Assembly (NCBI GenBank): GCA_046052145.1
Contig: JBJOMW010000018.1
Span: 974-64,973, forward strand
Source: Pseudomonadota bacterium
GTDB lineage: Bacteria; Pseudomonadota; Alphaproteobacteria; Acetobacterales; Acetobacteraceae
Direction of reading: 5' to 3'
Length of the DNA stretch: 64,000 nucleotides
Of the stretch, positions 1-8,854 are shown one piece after another. Numbering within the stretch: position 1 is the stretch's first letter; every line of letters starts with the position of its first letter. A program made the position numbers and the translations under genes. The notes under the pieces were generated by a model. That model saw only the letters and a program-made list of their open reading frames with translations. It was not told the DNA's origin and made no database searches.

Positions 1-2758
1 GGTCGTGCATGCCGTATTCGGCCATGAAGGCCACCAGCCGCTCCGCACCCAATGCGTTGGCGGCAACCATCGAGTGGATGTCGCCCAGCACCTGCCAGGG
101 GTTGCGGACATTCTCCTCGATCAGCGTGAACAGATCCTCGTTCGGCGTCCCGGCACGGAACAGCTTCATCGGCGGGATCTGCAGGCCTTCCTCGTAGATC
201 TCTCGCGCGCGCAGGCTGTCCTTGGTGCCGCCGATGTCGCTGACATGGCCGACGCAAGTCATCAGTGCGACCACGCGCCCATCCTTGAAGACCGGCGTCG
301 CGATCGCGATGTCGAACAGATGCCCGGCGCAGAGCCAAGGGTCGTTGGTGCAGAGCACGTCGCCCGGCTTCAGCGTCTCGGGCGGGAACTTCTGCAGCAA
401 TGCCCGCGCGGCCCGCTGGACGGTCAGGTTGAAGACCGGCATCGCGCGCGGGCTGTGCGCCAGCGTCTCGCCTTCAGGGTCGAGCAGTTCGCAGGCGAAA
501 TCCTGCGCCTCGGAGATGATAAGGCTGAAGGCAGTGCGGCAAACGGTCAGCCACATCTCCTCCACCACCGTGACCAGCCGCGACCACATGATCTCGAGCG
601 CGATCGGGTCCGCCTCGATGCGCGCCATCGCCTCCGAGAGCGGCATATCGCGCGTCACGACGGCATCGGGGATGGGCGCGGAGGCGACCGCGATGCGGAG
701 GTTGCCGCCCGCATCCACGGTGACAACGTCGCCCGGCGGCACAATGGTGGTCGCCTCGCGCTCCTCGATGATCGCCGGCCCCTCGATGCGGTCGCCCTCG
801 GTCAGCGCGTAGCGGTCCCACACACCGGCCTCGTACCAGGTGCCGTCAAAGTAGCTGCGCCGCGTGCCTTTGCGCTTCGGGCGCCCGGCCGCATCGGCGC
901 CGGCCTGCTGGAGGGCAAGTTCCGGCTCCTTCCCAACGACCCGCACGCGGAAGGAGATCGCCTCCAGCTTCGCGCCCTGGAACACGGCCGTGTAGCGCGC
1001 GGTGTAGACCGCCGCGAAGGCGGCACCGATCGCATCGAGTCGGCTGTCATCGATCGGGCCATCCGGCAGCGGCACGGTGATCTCATGCACCTGCCCGACA
1101 AGGCGCATATCCGCCGAGCGCTCCACACGCATCTCAGCCGGCGGCACGCCCGCCTCGGCCAGCAGCCTGCGTCCCTCGGCCTCGAGTGCCGCAAGCGTCG
1201 CGTTCACCGGCGCCGGGTCGAAGCCCGCTTCCATGACCAGCGGCATGGAGCGCACCTGTTCGAACGAGAGCGGTGCGACCAGGAAGCCGAGCGCGGAGGC
1301 GGCGCCAGAGGCTGGCGGCACGATCACCTCTCGCACGCCGAGCGCGCGCGCCACCATCGCGGCATAGGCCGGGCCGGCGCCACCGAAGCCGACCATGGCG
1401 TAGCGGCGCGGGTCCTTGCCCTTCTCGACCAGATGCACCCGCGCAGCGGCGGCCATGCTCTCGGTCACGACCTTGGCGATGCCCCAGGCGGTCTCGACCG
1501 GGGAGAGCTTGAGCTTCGCACCCAGCGCACCCACCGCCGTCTCTGCCGCCGCGGCATCGAGCGTCATGCGCCCGCCGAGGAAGAAGCCGGGATCGTACCA
1601 GCCGAGCGTGAGGTTAGCGTCGGTGACGGTGGCCTCAGTCCCGCCACGGCCGTAGCAGGCCGGCCCGGGATCGGCGCCGGCGCTGTGCGGGCCGACGCGC
1701 AGCAGCCCGACCTCGTCGATACGCGCGATGGAGCCACCGCCAGCGCCGATCTCGATCATGTCGATGACGGGCGCCTTGATCGGCAGGCCGGAGCCCTTCT
1801 TGAAGCGGTGCACGCGCCCCGCCTCCATCATCGCCGCGATCTCGGCACGTCCGTCCTCGATCAGGCAGGCCTTGGCGGTCGTGCCGCCCATATCGAAGGA
1901 GATGACGTCCCGATGCCCTGCGCGCAGGCCGAACAGCGCGGTCGCGAGACCGCCACCGGCAGGTCCCGATTCCAGCAGCCGGATCGGGAAGGCACGCGCC
2001 GCCGCGGGGCTGACGAGGCCGCCCGCCGAATGCATCAGGCGCAGCGCGCCGCGGAAGCCGCGCGCCCACAACTCACGTTCGAGCCGCGTAACGTAGCGGT
2101 CCATCAACGGCTGGACATAGGCATTCGCACAGGTCGTGACCGTGCGCTGATACTCCCAAAGCTCCGCCACCACATCGGCGGAGACGGAAACCGACAGGCC
2201 TGGCGCCACGCGCCGCACGGCTGCCGCGGCGCGGCGCTCGTGGTCGGGATTGGCGTAGCTGTGCAGGAAGCAGATGGCGACTGCCTCCGCGCCTTCGGCG
2301 ACCAGCTTGCGCGCTGCCGCCTCGACCGCCGCCTCATCGAGCGGCGTCACCACGCGGCCGTCGCGATCCACGCGTTCGGGCACCTCAAGCCTGTGGCGGC
2401 GCGCGACGAGCGGCTCGGGGTAGCGCAGGAACAGGTCGTAGATGTCGTAGCGCTGCTCCGTCCCCATCTCGAGCAGGTCGCGGAAGCCCTGCGTTGTGAT
2501 CAGGCCGAGCGGCGCGCCCTTGCGCTCGATGATCGCGTTGGTGACGAGCGTTGTGCCGTGGATGATCTCGGCAACCTCGGGCAGTGCGATGCCCGCCGCG
2601 GCGGTGATCTCCTCCAGGCCCGCCAGCGCGCCGACCGAAGGATCCGCCGGCGTGGTGAGGCACTTGTGCAGGCGGATGGACCCGGCCGCGGCATCCGCGA
2701 GAATGAAATCGGTGAAAGTTCCGCCGATATCGAAGCCGATCCGCCAGCGTGCGCTCAT
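1..2758 (-). CDS. Fused hydantoinase A / hydantoinase B (oxoprolinase family) protein; C-terminal end runs off the window
   Basis: Absent from the ORF track because there is no stop inside the window. The reverse complement from 2758 reads MSARWRIGFDIGGTFTDFILADAAAGSIRLHKCLTTPAD, a HyuA-type N-terminus with DIGGTFTD. The same frame continues through ...RIEADPIALEIMWSRLVTVVEE (HyuB-type N-terminus) and is still open at position 2 (...REIYEEGLQIPPMKLF...GDIHSMVAANALGAERLVAFMAEYGMHD). The track lists no minus ORF in this frame for 1..2758, consistent with one uninterrupted frame. Confidence 0.85.
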   Translation of the reverse strand, partial: MSARWRIGFDIGGTFTDFILADAAAGSIRLHKCLTTPADPSVGALAGLEEITAAAGIALPEVAEIIHGTTLVTNAIIERKGAPLGLITTQGFRDLLEMGTEQRYDIYDLFLRYPEPLVARRHRLEVPERVDRDGRVVTPLDEAAVEAAARKLVAEGAEAVAICFLHSYANPDHERRAAAAVRRVAPGLSVSVSADVVAELWEYQRTVTTCANAYVQPLMDRYVTRLERELWARGFRGALRLMHSAGGLVSPAAARAFPIRLLESGPAGGGLATALFGLRAGHRDVISFDMGGTTAKACLIEDGRAEIAAMMEAGRVHRFKKGSGLPIKAPVIDMIEIGAGGGSIARIDEVGLLRVGPHSAGADPGPACYGRGGTEATVTDANLTLGWYDPGFFLGGRMTLDAAAAETAVGALGAKLKLSPVETAWGIAKVVTESMAAAARVHLVEKGKDPRRYAMVGFGGAGPAYAAMVARALGVREVIVPPASGAASALGFLVAPLSFEQVRSMPLVMEAGFDPAPVNATLAALEAEGRRLLAEAGVPPAEMRVERSADMRLVGQVHEITVPLPDGPIDDSRLDAIGAAFAAVYTARYTAVFQGAKLEAISFRVRVVGKEPELALQQAGADAAGRPKRKGTRRSYFDGTWYEAGVWDRYALTEGDRIEGPAIIEEREATTIVPPGDVVTVDAGGNLRIAVASAPIPDAVVTRDMPLSEAMARIEADPIALEIMWSRLVTVVEEMWLTVCRTAFSLIISEAQDFACELLDPEGETLAHSPRAMPVFNLTVQRAARALLQKFPPETLKPGDVLCTNDPWLCAGHLFDIAIATPVFKDGRVVALMTCVGHVSDIGGTKDSLRAREIYEEGLQIPPMKLFRAGTPNEDLFTLIEENVRNPWQVLGDIHSMVAANALGAERLVAFMAEYGMHD

Positions 2759-3331
2759 CGATCCACGGGCTCCTAGCGGCGTCTGCCGCATGTCCGGTGG
2801 GGAAGCCTAGTGTGCATGACCATGGCCGGCAATGCGGCACACAATGCCATGCCGGAAATCCGTCGCACGCCACGGGTGCAGATGGTCGGCTCTGTAGGCC
2901 ATGCGGCCCTCAAGGCTTCCGGCCGTGCCCGACCACACGACAGAGATCGCAGGGCTTCGATGCCTGCTCGCTGAGCTTGCGTGCAGTCCACCGAGAGATG
3001 CTCCGAGGGCAGCAACGGCATCACCGCAAGGCTGAGCCGAATGGCGTCGGCGAAGGCGGTGTTGGTGGCCAAGCACGGCCCGGGTGATGCGCCTTTGGCT
3101 TCGCTGGCCTTTGGCTACGCCGGGCCTTGATGATCACGTAGCGCGCTGCCGGTCCGACGCCGGCCCGCGGATCGACACCAAAGGACTCGCACACGCCCCT
3201 TGCCGCCAGCGTCCGACGTGATGACCGATTTACAGACCGCGATTTGCTGCGCACCCTGTGACCACTGGAAAACCAAAGCGCCAAGATTGTTCCGATAACG
3301 AAAAACGACCTCCAGGAGGATAGAGCTCAAG

Positions 3332-4309
3332 ATGATCACGCGTCGCAGCAGTATCGCCGCCCTCGCTGGTTGTACTCTGGCAGGTGGGCGTGTGGCGATT
3401 GTGAAGGCGCAGGAGACGTGGCCCACACGACCTGTCCGCATCATCATCCCCTTCGGGGCCAGCGGCGGAGCTGACACCTTCACGCGCCTGCTGACGGAAC
3501 CTCTGGCGCAGGCGCTTGGCCAGCCCTTCGTGGTTGAAAACCGCCCGGGCGGCGGCGGTGTGATCGGCACCGACGCTGCCGCGAAATCTGCCCCGGATGG
3601 GCACACGCTGCTGATGCTGACGGTGACGCTGACGGCCAATGAGACACTCATGCCGAACCGGCCATATGTGCTTCTGCGAGACTTCGTGCCGATCGCCTGC
3701 CTCAACCGCACGCTGCAGGTGCTGGTCGTCAACCCGAGCCTGCCGGTCAACAATGTCGCCGAGCTGATCGCGCTGGCGAAGGCGCGCCCAGGCCAGCTCG
3801 ACTATGCCAGCTCGGGCCCTGGCACACCTTACCATATCGCTTTCGAAGTCTTCCGGCACATGGCGGGCATCGATGTGCAGCACGTGCCCTTCCGCCTCAG
3901 CGGCGATGCGCGCAACGCGATCATGGGCGGCCAGGTCCCGATCATGTTCGATGGCATTGCCACCATGAACCCGCTGATCCGCGCCGGCCGCGTGCGGGCA
4001 CTCGCCACCACCGGCACGTCCCGGTCGACCCTGCTGCCAGATCTGCCGACTGTCGCCGAGGCGCTGCCCGGCTATGCACAGATCGGCTTCAATGGCCTGC
4101 TCGCGCCAACGGGCACGCCACAGCATATCGTCGAGAGGCTCAACGGCGCGGTCAATCGCCTGCTCGAGACGCCCGCCATCACCGCGGCCTTCGCCCAGCT
4201 TGGCGCGGAAAGCGCACCGATGTCGCCCAATGCCTTCGGCGACCTGTTGCGCGAGGATATCGAGAAGCGGCGCGAGTGGATCCGCATCGCCGGCATCCGC
4301 CCCGAGTGA
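3332..4309 (+). CDS. Bug/TctC-family tripartite tricarboxylate transporter substrate-binding protein
   Basis: 325 aa. Signal-like N-terminus, then WPTRPVRIIIPFGASGGADTFTR, VVENRPGGGGVIG, APDGHTLLM and HVPFRLSG motifs typical of Bug/TctC. AGGAGGA lies about 12 nt upstream of the ATG. Confidence 0.9.
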   Translation: MITRRSSIAALAGCTLAGGRVAIVKAQETWPTRPVRIIIPFGASGGADTFTRLLTEPLAQALGQPFVVENRPGGGGVIGTDAAAKSAPDGHTLLMLTVTLTANETLMPNRPYVLLRDFVPIACLNRTLQVLVVNPSLPVNNVAELIALAKARPGQLDYASSGPGTPYHIAFEVFRHMAGIDVQHVPFRLSGDARNAIMGGQVPIMFDGIATMNPLIRAGRVRALATTGTSRSTLLPDLPTVAEALPGYAQIGFNGLLAPTGTPQHIVERLNGAVNRLLETPAITAAFAQLGAESAPMSPNAFGDLLREDIEKRREWIRIAGIRPE

Positions 4310-4332
4310 AGCCTGTGCTGGTGCGAGGATAG

Positions 4333-4803
4333 ATGGCGATCACCTTCACGCTCAACGGCACCTCCGTCACGCTCGACATGCCGGAGGATGTCCCCCTTCT
4401 CTCGGCGCTGCGCGAGAAGGTTGGACTCGCTGGACCGCGCTTCGGCTGCGGCGCGGAAGCGTGCGGTGCGTGCCATATCCTGCTGGATGGCACCTCCGTG
4501 CCCTGCTGCGCGCTGCCCCTCTCGGCCGTTGCCGGGCGGTCGGTGACCACACTCGAAGGGCTCGGCACGGCAGCAGACCCGCATCCGCTGCAAGAGGCCT
4601 TCCTGGCAGAGCAGGCCGGGCAGTGCGGCTACTGCCTCTCCGGCATCCTGATCAGCGCAGCTGCACTCCTGAACGCCCATCCGGCGCCGGACGAGGCCAC
4701 GATCCGAAAGGCGCTGGATGGGCATCTCTGCCGCTGCGGCAGCCATAATCGTATCGTCCGCGCGGTACAGCGCGCAGCGGCCGACATGGGACAACGCGCA
4801 TGA
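4333..4803 (+). CDS. (2Fe-2S)-binding small subunit of a molybdenum hydroxylase (IorA/CoxS-like)
   Basis: 156 aa. It has two cysteine clusters (GCGAEACGACHILLDG and QCGYCLSG...CRCGSH), as in xanthine dehydrogenase family small subunits. Confidence 0.9.
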   Translation: MAITFTLNGTSVTLDMPEDVPLLSALREKVGLAGPRFGCGAEACGACHILLDGTSVPCCALPLSAVAGRSVTTLEGLGTAADPHPLQEAFLAEQAGQCGYCLSGILISAAALLNAHPAPDEATIRKALDGHLCRCGSHNRIVRAVQRAAADMGQRA

Positions 4804-6938
4804 CGCCCCCTGCCCCCGCGCGCCCCGCCGAAGCGAAGCCGCTGCCGGCGAGCCTGGAAGCGAATCCGCGCCTGGCAGGCTGGTTGCGCTTCGACGCCGA
4901 TGGCCAGGTGATCATCAGCCCCGGCAAGGTGGAGATCGGCCAGGGAATCCTGACGGCGCTGTCCCAGATCGCCGCCGACGAACTCGACGTATCGCTCGCG
5001 CGCATCAAGATCGAAACCGTTGCAACGCCCAGCAGCCCGGACGAAGGCGTCACCTCGGGCAGCCTGTCAGTGCAGAACAGCGGCGCCGCGCTTCGGCATG
5101 TCTGCGCTGAGGCGCGCGCGATCTTCCTGCAAGTCGCGTCGCAAGCCACCGGCGTGCCGCTCGCAGCGCTGCGTGTCGAAGACGGCATCTTCCTGGGGCC
5201 CAAGGGCGCTGTGGCCTCCTATTGGGATTTCGCCGATCGGGGGCTGCTCGACTGCGACGCGACACCAGGCAGCCGCGCCAAGGCGCCAGAGGCACGGCGC
5301 GTCGCGGGGCAGTCCGTGCCGCGGCTCGATCTGCCGGACAAGGTCTTCGGACGCCCTCGCTTCCTGCACGACATGAAGCCCCAGGGGCTGCTGCATGCGC
5401 GCGTCCTGCGACCACCGTCGCGGGGCGCCCAATTGCTCCGGGTGGAGACGTGTTCGCTGCCTGACGGGGCGATGATCGTGCGCGACGGAAACTTCCTCGC
5501 GGTCCTGGCGGAAACCGAGCGGGACGCCGAATTGGCGCTGCAGCGCCTTGCGATGAAGGCCCGGTGGGACGAGCAGGACACGCTGCCCGAGGAGGCCGCC
5601 CTGCCCGACTGGCTGCGCCGCGCCACCGCCGAGCGCACGGTCGTCGCTGAGCGCGACGAGCCCCGCACGACGCAGGCCGGCCTGCGCATGAAGGCCAGCT
5701 TCTTCCGGCCGCCCATCGCGCATGCTTCCGTCGCCCCCTCCTGCGCGATCGCGCATTGGCGTGGCGATACGGTCGAGGTCTGGTCGCACACCCAGGGTCC
5801 GTACAACCTCCGCAAGGACCTCGCGCTGGCGCTCCGCGTGCCCGAGCAGGCGGTGGTGGTGCGGCATATCGAAGGCGCCGGTTGCTATGGGCACAACGGC
5901 GCCGACGATGTGGCGCTGGATGCGGCGCTCGTTGCCCGTGCGGTGCCGGGGCGTCCTGTGCGCCTGATGTGGAGCCGCGCCGATGAACTGGGCTGGTCAC
6001 CCTTCTCCTCAGCCATGATCGTCGATGTGGAGGCCGGGCTCGATACCAACGGGCAGATCGCCGATTTCCAGCTTGAGGTGATAAGCAACGGTCACTCGTC
6101 GCGCCCCGGCCGCGCCGGAACCCCGACGCTGCTTGCGGCCGCGCACATCGCCGAGGCCTTTCCCGTGCCGCCCGCCATCAACGTGCCCGCCCACCGCGGC
6201 GGCGGCGCGCAGCGCAATGCGGTGCCCATCTACCGCATGCCCCGGTTGCAGGTGGCGATGCGCACGGTGACCGACATGCCCATCCGCACCTCGGCCATGC
6301 GCGGGCTTGGCGCGCCCGTGAACGTCTGGGCGATCGAATCCGCGATGGACGAGTTGGCGGCCATGGCCGGCGCGGACCCGGTCGAGTTTCGCCTGCGCCA
6401 CCTCGATGATCCGCGCGCCGCCGACGTGCTGCGCCGCGCGGCCACAATGTGCGACTGGACCGGACGCACCCGGCAGGAGGGCATCGGCCTCGGCATCGCG
6501 GTGGCGCGCTACAAGAATCTCGGCGCCTGGTCCGCCGTTGCCGCGGAGATCGCGGCGGAGGAGGTGATACGCGTTCGCCGCATCTGGATCGCCGCCGACC
6601 TCGGTGAGGTGGTGAACCCCGACGGCGCGGCGAACCAGCTGGAGGGCAGCGCGATCCACGCGACCAGCCAGGCCCTGAAGGAAGCGGTGCGCTTCGATCG
6701 CCGCCGCGTCACCAGCGATAGCTGGGACACCTACCCGATCCTCCGCTTCAGCGAGGTGCCGCAGGTCGAGGTGGCGCTGCTGGACCGGCCGGAGGAACGC
6801 CCGCTTGGCGCCGGTGAACCCGCCTTCGCGCCGACCATCGCGGCGATCGCCAATGCGATCCATGACGCGCTGGGCGTCAGGCCACGCCGCATGCCCTTCA
6901 CGCCGGCGAATATCACCGCTGCGATGGATGCACGATGA
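4800..6938 (+). CDS. Molybdopterin-binding subunit, isoquinoline 1-oxidoreductase beta (IorB)/aldehyde oxidase-like
   Basis: 712 aa. ATGA start/stop overlap with the small subunit. Family-typical segments include IEGAGCYGHNGADD, GLGAPVNVWAIESAMDELA and GEPAFAPTIAAIANAIHDALG. Confidence 0.85.
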   Translation: MTPPAPARPAEAKPLPASLEANPRLAGWLRFDADGQVIISPGKVEIGQGILTALSQIAADELDVSLARIKIETVATPSSPDEGVTSGSLSVQNSGAALRHVCAEARAIFLQVASQATGVPLAALRVEDGIFLGPKGAVASYWDFADRGLLDCDATPGSRAKAPEARRVAGQSVPRLDLPDKVFGRPRFLHDMKPQGLLHARVLRPPSRGAQLLRVETCSLPDGAMIVRDGNFLAVLAETERDAELALQRLAMKARWDEQDTLPEEAALPDWLRRATAERTVVAERDEPRTTQAGLRMKASFFRPPIAHASVAPSCAIAHWRGDTVEVWSHTQGPYNLRKDLALALRVPEQAVVVRHIEGAGCYGHNGADDVALDAALVARAVPGRPVRLMWSRADELGWSPFSSAMIVDVEAGLDTNGQIADFQLEVISNGHSSRPGRAGTPTLLAAAHIAEAFPVPPAINVPAHRGGGAQRNAVPIYRMPRLQVAMRTVTDMPIRTSAMRGLGAPVNVWAIESAMDELAAMAGADPVEFRLRHLDDPRAADVLRRAATMCDWTGRTRQEGIGLGIAVARYKNLGAWSAVAAEIAAEEVIRVRRIWIAADLGEVVNPDGAANQLEGSAIHATSQALKEAVRFDRRRVTSDSWDTYPILRFSEVPQVEVALLDRPEERPLGAGEPAFAPTIAAIANAIHDALGVRPRRMPFTPANITAAMDAR

Positions 6939-7939
6939 CCGAGCCGCTGACCCTCACCATCGGTTGCTACGAAACTGACCGGTCCCTGCCCTTGCTGGAT
7001 GGCCGTGTCGCCATCCCCGGGCTGCGGCTCAAGCGCGATACGGGGGACACCGCAAACCTGTTTCGCCGCGCGCTGCGGGACCGCGCCTTCGAGATCACCG
7101 AACTCTCGATGTCGTCCCATATCCTCACCACCGCGCGGGGCGATGCGCCTTATGTGGCGGTGCCGGTCTTCCTCTCGCGGTCCTTCCGCCATTCGGCGGT
7201 CTATGTGCGCACGGACCGTGGCATCCGCAGCGCGGCGGACCTCGCCGGCCGGACCATCGGCCTGCCCGAGTACCAGCAGACAGCGGCACTCTGGGTGCGC
7301 GGCATGCTGCGCGAGCATTATGGCGTGGATACGCGGGGCATCGCCTGGCGCACGGGCGGCCTTGAGAAGCCAGGCGCAGGCGAGCGCGTGGCCCTCACCC
7401 TCCCCCCGGGCCATGACGTGGCGCCCATCCCGGACGGGTCCACCCTCAACGCCATGCTGGCGGATGGGCAGATCGACGCAATCGTCGGGCCGCGCCCGCC
7501 CTCCTGCTTCACGGCGCGTTCGGCGCCGGTGGATCGGCTCTGGCCCGACTACCGTGCGGAGGAGGAGCGATATTTCGATGCGACGGGCTTCTTCCCGATC
7601 ATGCACTGCCTCGCCATCCGCAAGGACGTGGCCGAGGCCCATCCCTGGCTTCCGGCAGCGCTCTTCACCGGCTTCTGCCGCGCCAAGGCGCATTCGCTCG
7701 CGCTGATGTCCGAGACCGGCGTGCTTCGCGTCACCATGCCATGGCTGACGGCGGAGATCGCGGCGCAGAGCCGGCGCATGGGCGGCAACCTATGGTCCTA
7801 TGGCTTTGCGCGCAATCGCGACGAGATTGCCGCGATGATCCGCTACGGGGTCGCGGACGGGCTGGCCACGCAGGCAATCGCACCGGAGGCCCTGTTCCAT
7901 CCGAGCACCCTGGCCCTGAGTGAGGACGCGGCCCTATAG
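6935..7939 (+). CDS. 4,5-dihydroxyphthalate decarboxylase-like (PhtD family, periplasmic-binding-protein fold, no signal peptide)
   Basis: 334 aa. ATGA overlap with the upstream gene. Segments LTLTIGCYETDRSLPLLDGRV, EITELSMSSHI, VPVFLSRSFRHSAVYV, GLPEYQQTAALWVRGML and GGLEKPG match the pattern I recall for PhtD-type proteins. Confidence 0.75.
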   Translation: MTEPLTLTIGCYETDRSLPLLDGRVAIPGLRLKRDTGDTANLFRRALRDRAFEITELSMSSHILTTARGDAPYVAVPVFLSRSFRHSAVYVRTDRGIRSAADLAGRTIGLPEYQQTAALWVRGMLREHYGVDTRGIAWRTGGLEKPGAGERVALTLPPGHDVAPIPDGSTLNAMLADGQIDAIVGPRPPSCFTARSAPVDRLWPDYRAEEERYFDATGFFPIMHCLAIRKDVAEAHPWLPAALFTGFCRAKAHSLALMSETGVLRVTMPWLTAEIAAQSRRMGGNLWSYGFARNRDEIAAMIRYGVADGLATQAIAPEALFHPSTLALSEDAAL

Positions 7940-8003
7940 CCGAGCCGCTGGCTCAGGCGCTCGCCATACGGGTGACAGGCCAGTTGCCAGGGCCTCACCG
8001 ACG

Positions 8004-8033
8004 GGAAAGCGGGGCTTTCCAGATTTTCTCTTG
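8004..8033 (+). terminator. Rho-independent terminator-like hairpin after the PhtD-like gene
   Basis: GGAAAG (8004-8009), 5-nt loop, CTTTCC (8015-8020), followed by AGATTTTCTCTTG. Confidence 0.45.
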
Positions 8034-8096
8034 ATCCACACCCGCGACACTCCGCAAGCTTCCCCCAACGGAAACCATGGCGGAGGAACGGTCGGC

Positions 8097-8468
8097 GTGC
8101 GGCAAGTACGGGTGGCGCGTGACGAGGAGATCCCCGAGGGCGGGCGCAAGGTCGTCGCCATCGGCGAGATAGAGATCGGCCTCTTCCGGGTCGATGGCGC
8201 CATCCTGGCCTATCGCAACGAATGCCCCCATCAGGGCGGACCGGTCTGCCAAGGTCGGCTTATGCAGGGCGTGGAAGAAAGGCTCGATGCGGAGCGTCGC
8301 AGCCTCGGCATCCACTACGTCGCCGGCTCGGCGCATCTGGTCTGCCCTTGGCATGGTTGGGAGTTCGATCTGCGCAGCGGCCGGCATTGCGGCCATGACG
8401 CCACCCGTCTCGCCGCGCATCCGGTCACGATCCAGGACGGCGACGTCTATGTCGGCATCCGTGGCTGA
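8097..8468 (+). CDS. Rieske (2Fe-2S) domain protein, small ferredoxin-like
   Basis: CPHQGGPVC and CPWHGWEF Rieske ligand motifs. The track ORF starts at 7920. I prefer the GTG at 8097, which is preceded by GGAGGA 9 nt upstream. Confidence 0.8.
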   Translation: MRQVRVARDEEIPEGGRKVVAIGEIEIGLFRVDGAILAYRNECPHQGGPVCQGRLMQGVEERLDAERRSLGIHYVAGSAHLVCPWHGWEFDLRSGRHCGHDATRLAAHPVTIQDGDVYVGIRG

Positions 8469-8814
8469 GCCGCCCGATACCGCGGCGGTCAGCGCCGATC
8501 TCGGCGGCATCGACGCCGCAACGCGCCACCTGCTCGCGCTGGTCGAGGCCGCACTCGCAGGTGGCCGGACGGCAGAGGTGCCAGACGCCGCCGTGCAGCG
8601 CCTCTTCGCCGCAGCGCTGCGGCTGCATGCCCGCAAGACAGACGAAGAGCAGCGGCACTTCGCACCCATCGCCCCGGACGCCGCCGTCAGCACCACCGAT
8701 GTCGCCGTCGCCGTGACGGAATTGCTGCGTGCGGCGGACCTGAACCTCTTCGACCTGTCCATGTGGGCGAGCCGTCCCCGCTACGAGCGCGACGACAACG
8801 CCGGACGGCTGTGA
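8449..8814 (+). CDS. Hypothetical small acidic protein (about 121 aa), unknown function
   Basis: This is the in-frame tail of track ORF 8194..8814. The ATG at 8449 overlaps the end of the Rieske gene. GC3-rich codons and a helical-looking sequence (RHLLALVEAALAGG...VTELLRAADLNLFDLSMW). I recognise no family. Confidence 0.5.
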   Translation: MSASVAEPPDTAAVSADLGGIDAATRHLLALVEAALAGGRTAEVPDAAVQRLFAAALRLHARKTDEEQRHFAPIAPDAAVSTTDVAVAVTELLRAADLNLFDLSMWASRPRYERDDNAGRL

Positions 8815-8854
8815 TGCCGACGCCCGCCCCACCCGAAAACGAGCAGGCCGCACG

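Noticed and set aside
5-2776. 923-aa plus-strand ORF
   Set aside because: It has an extremely Arg/Ala/Gly/His-rich composition with no recognisable motif. It lies exactly antisense to a frame that translates into clear HyuA and HyuB motifs. This is a typical high-GC shadow ORF.
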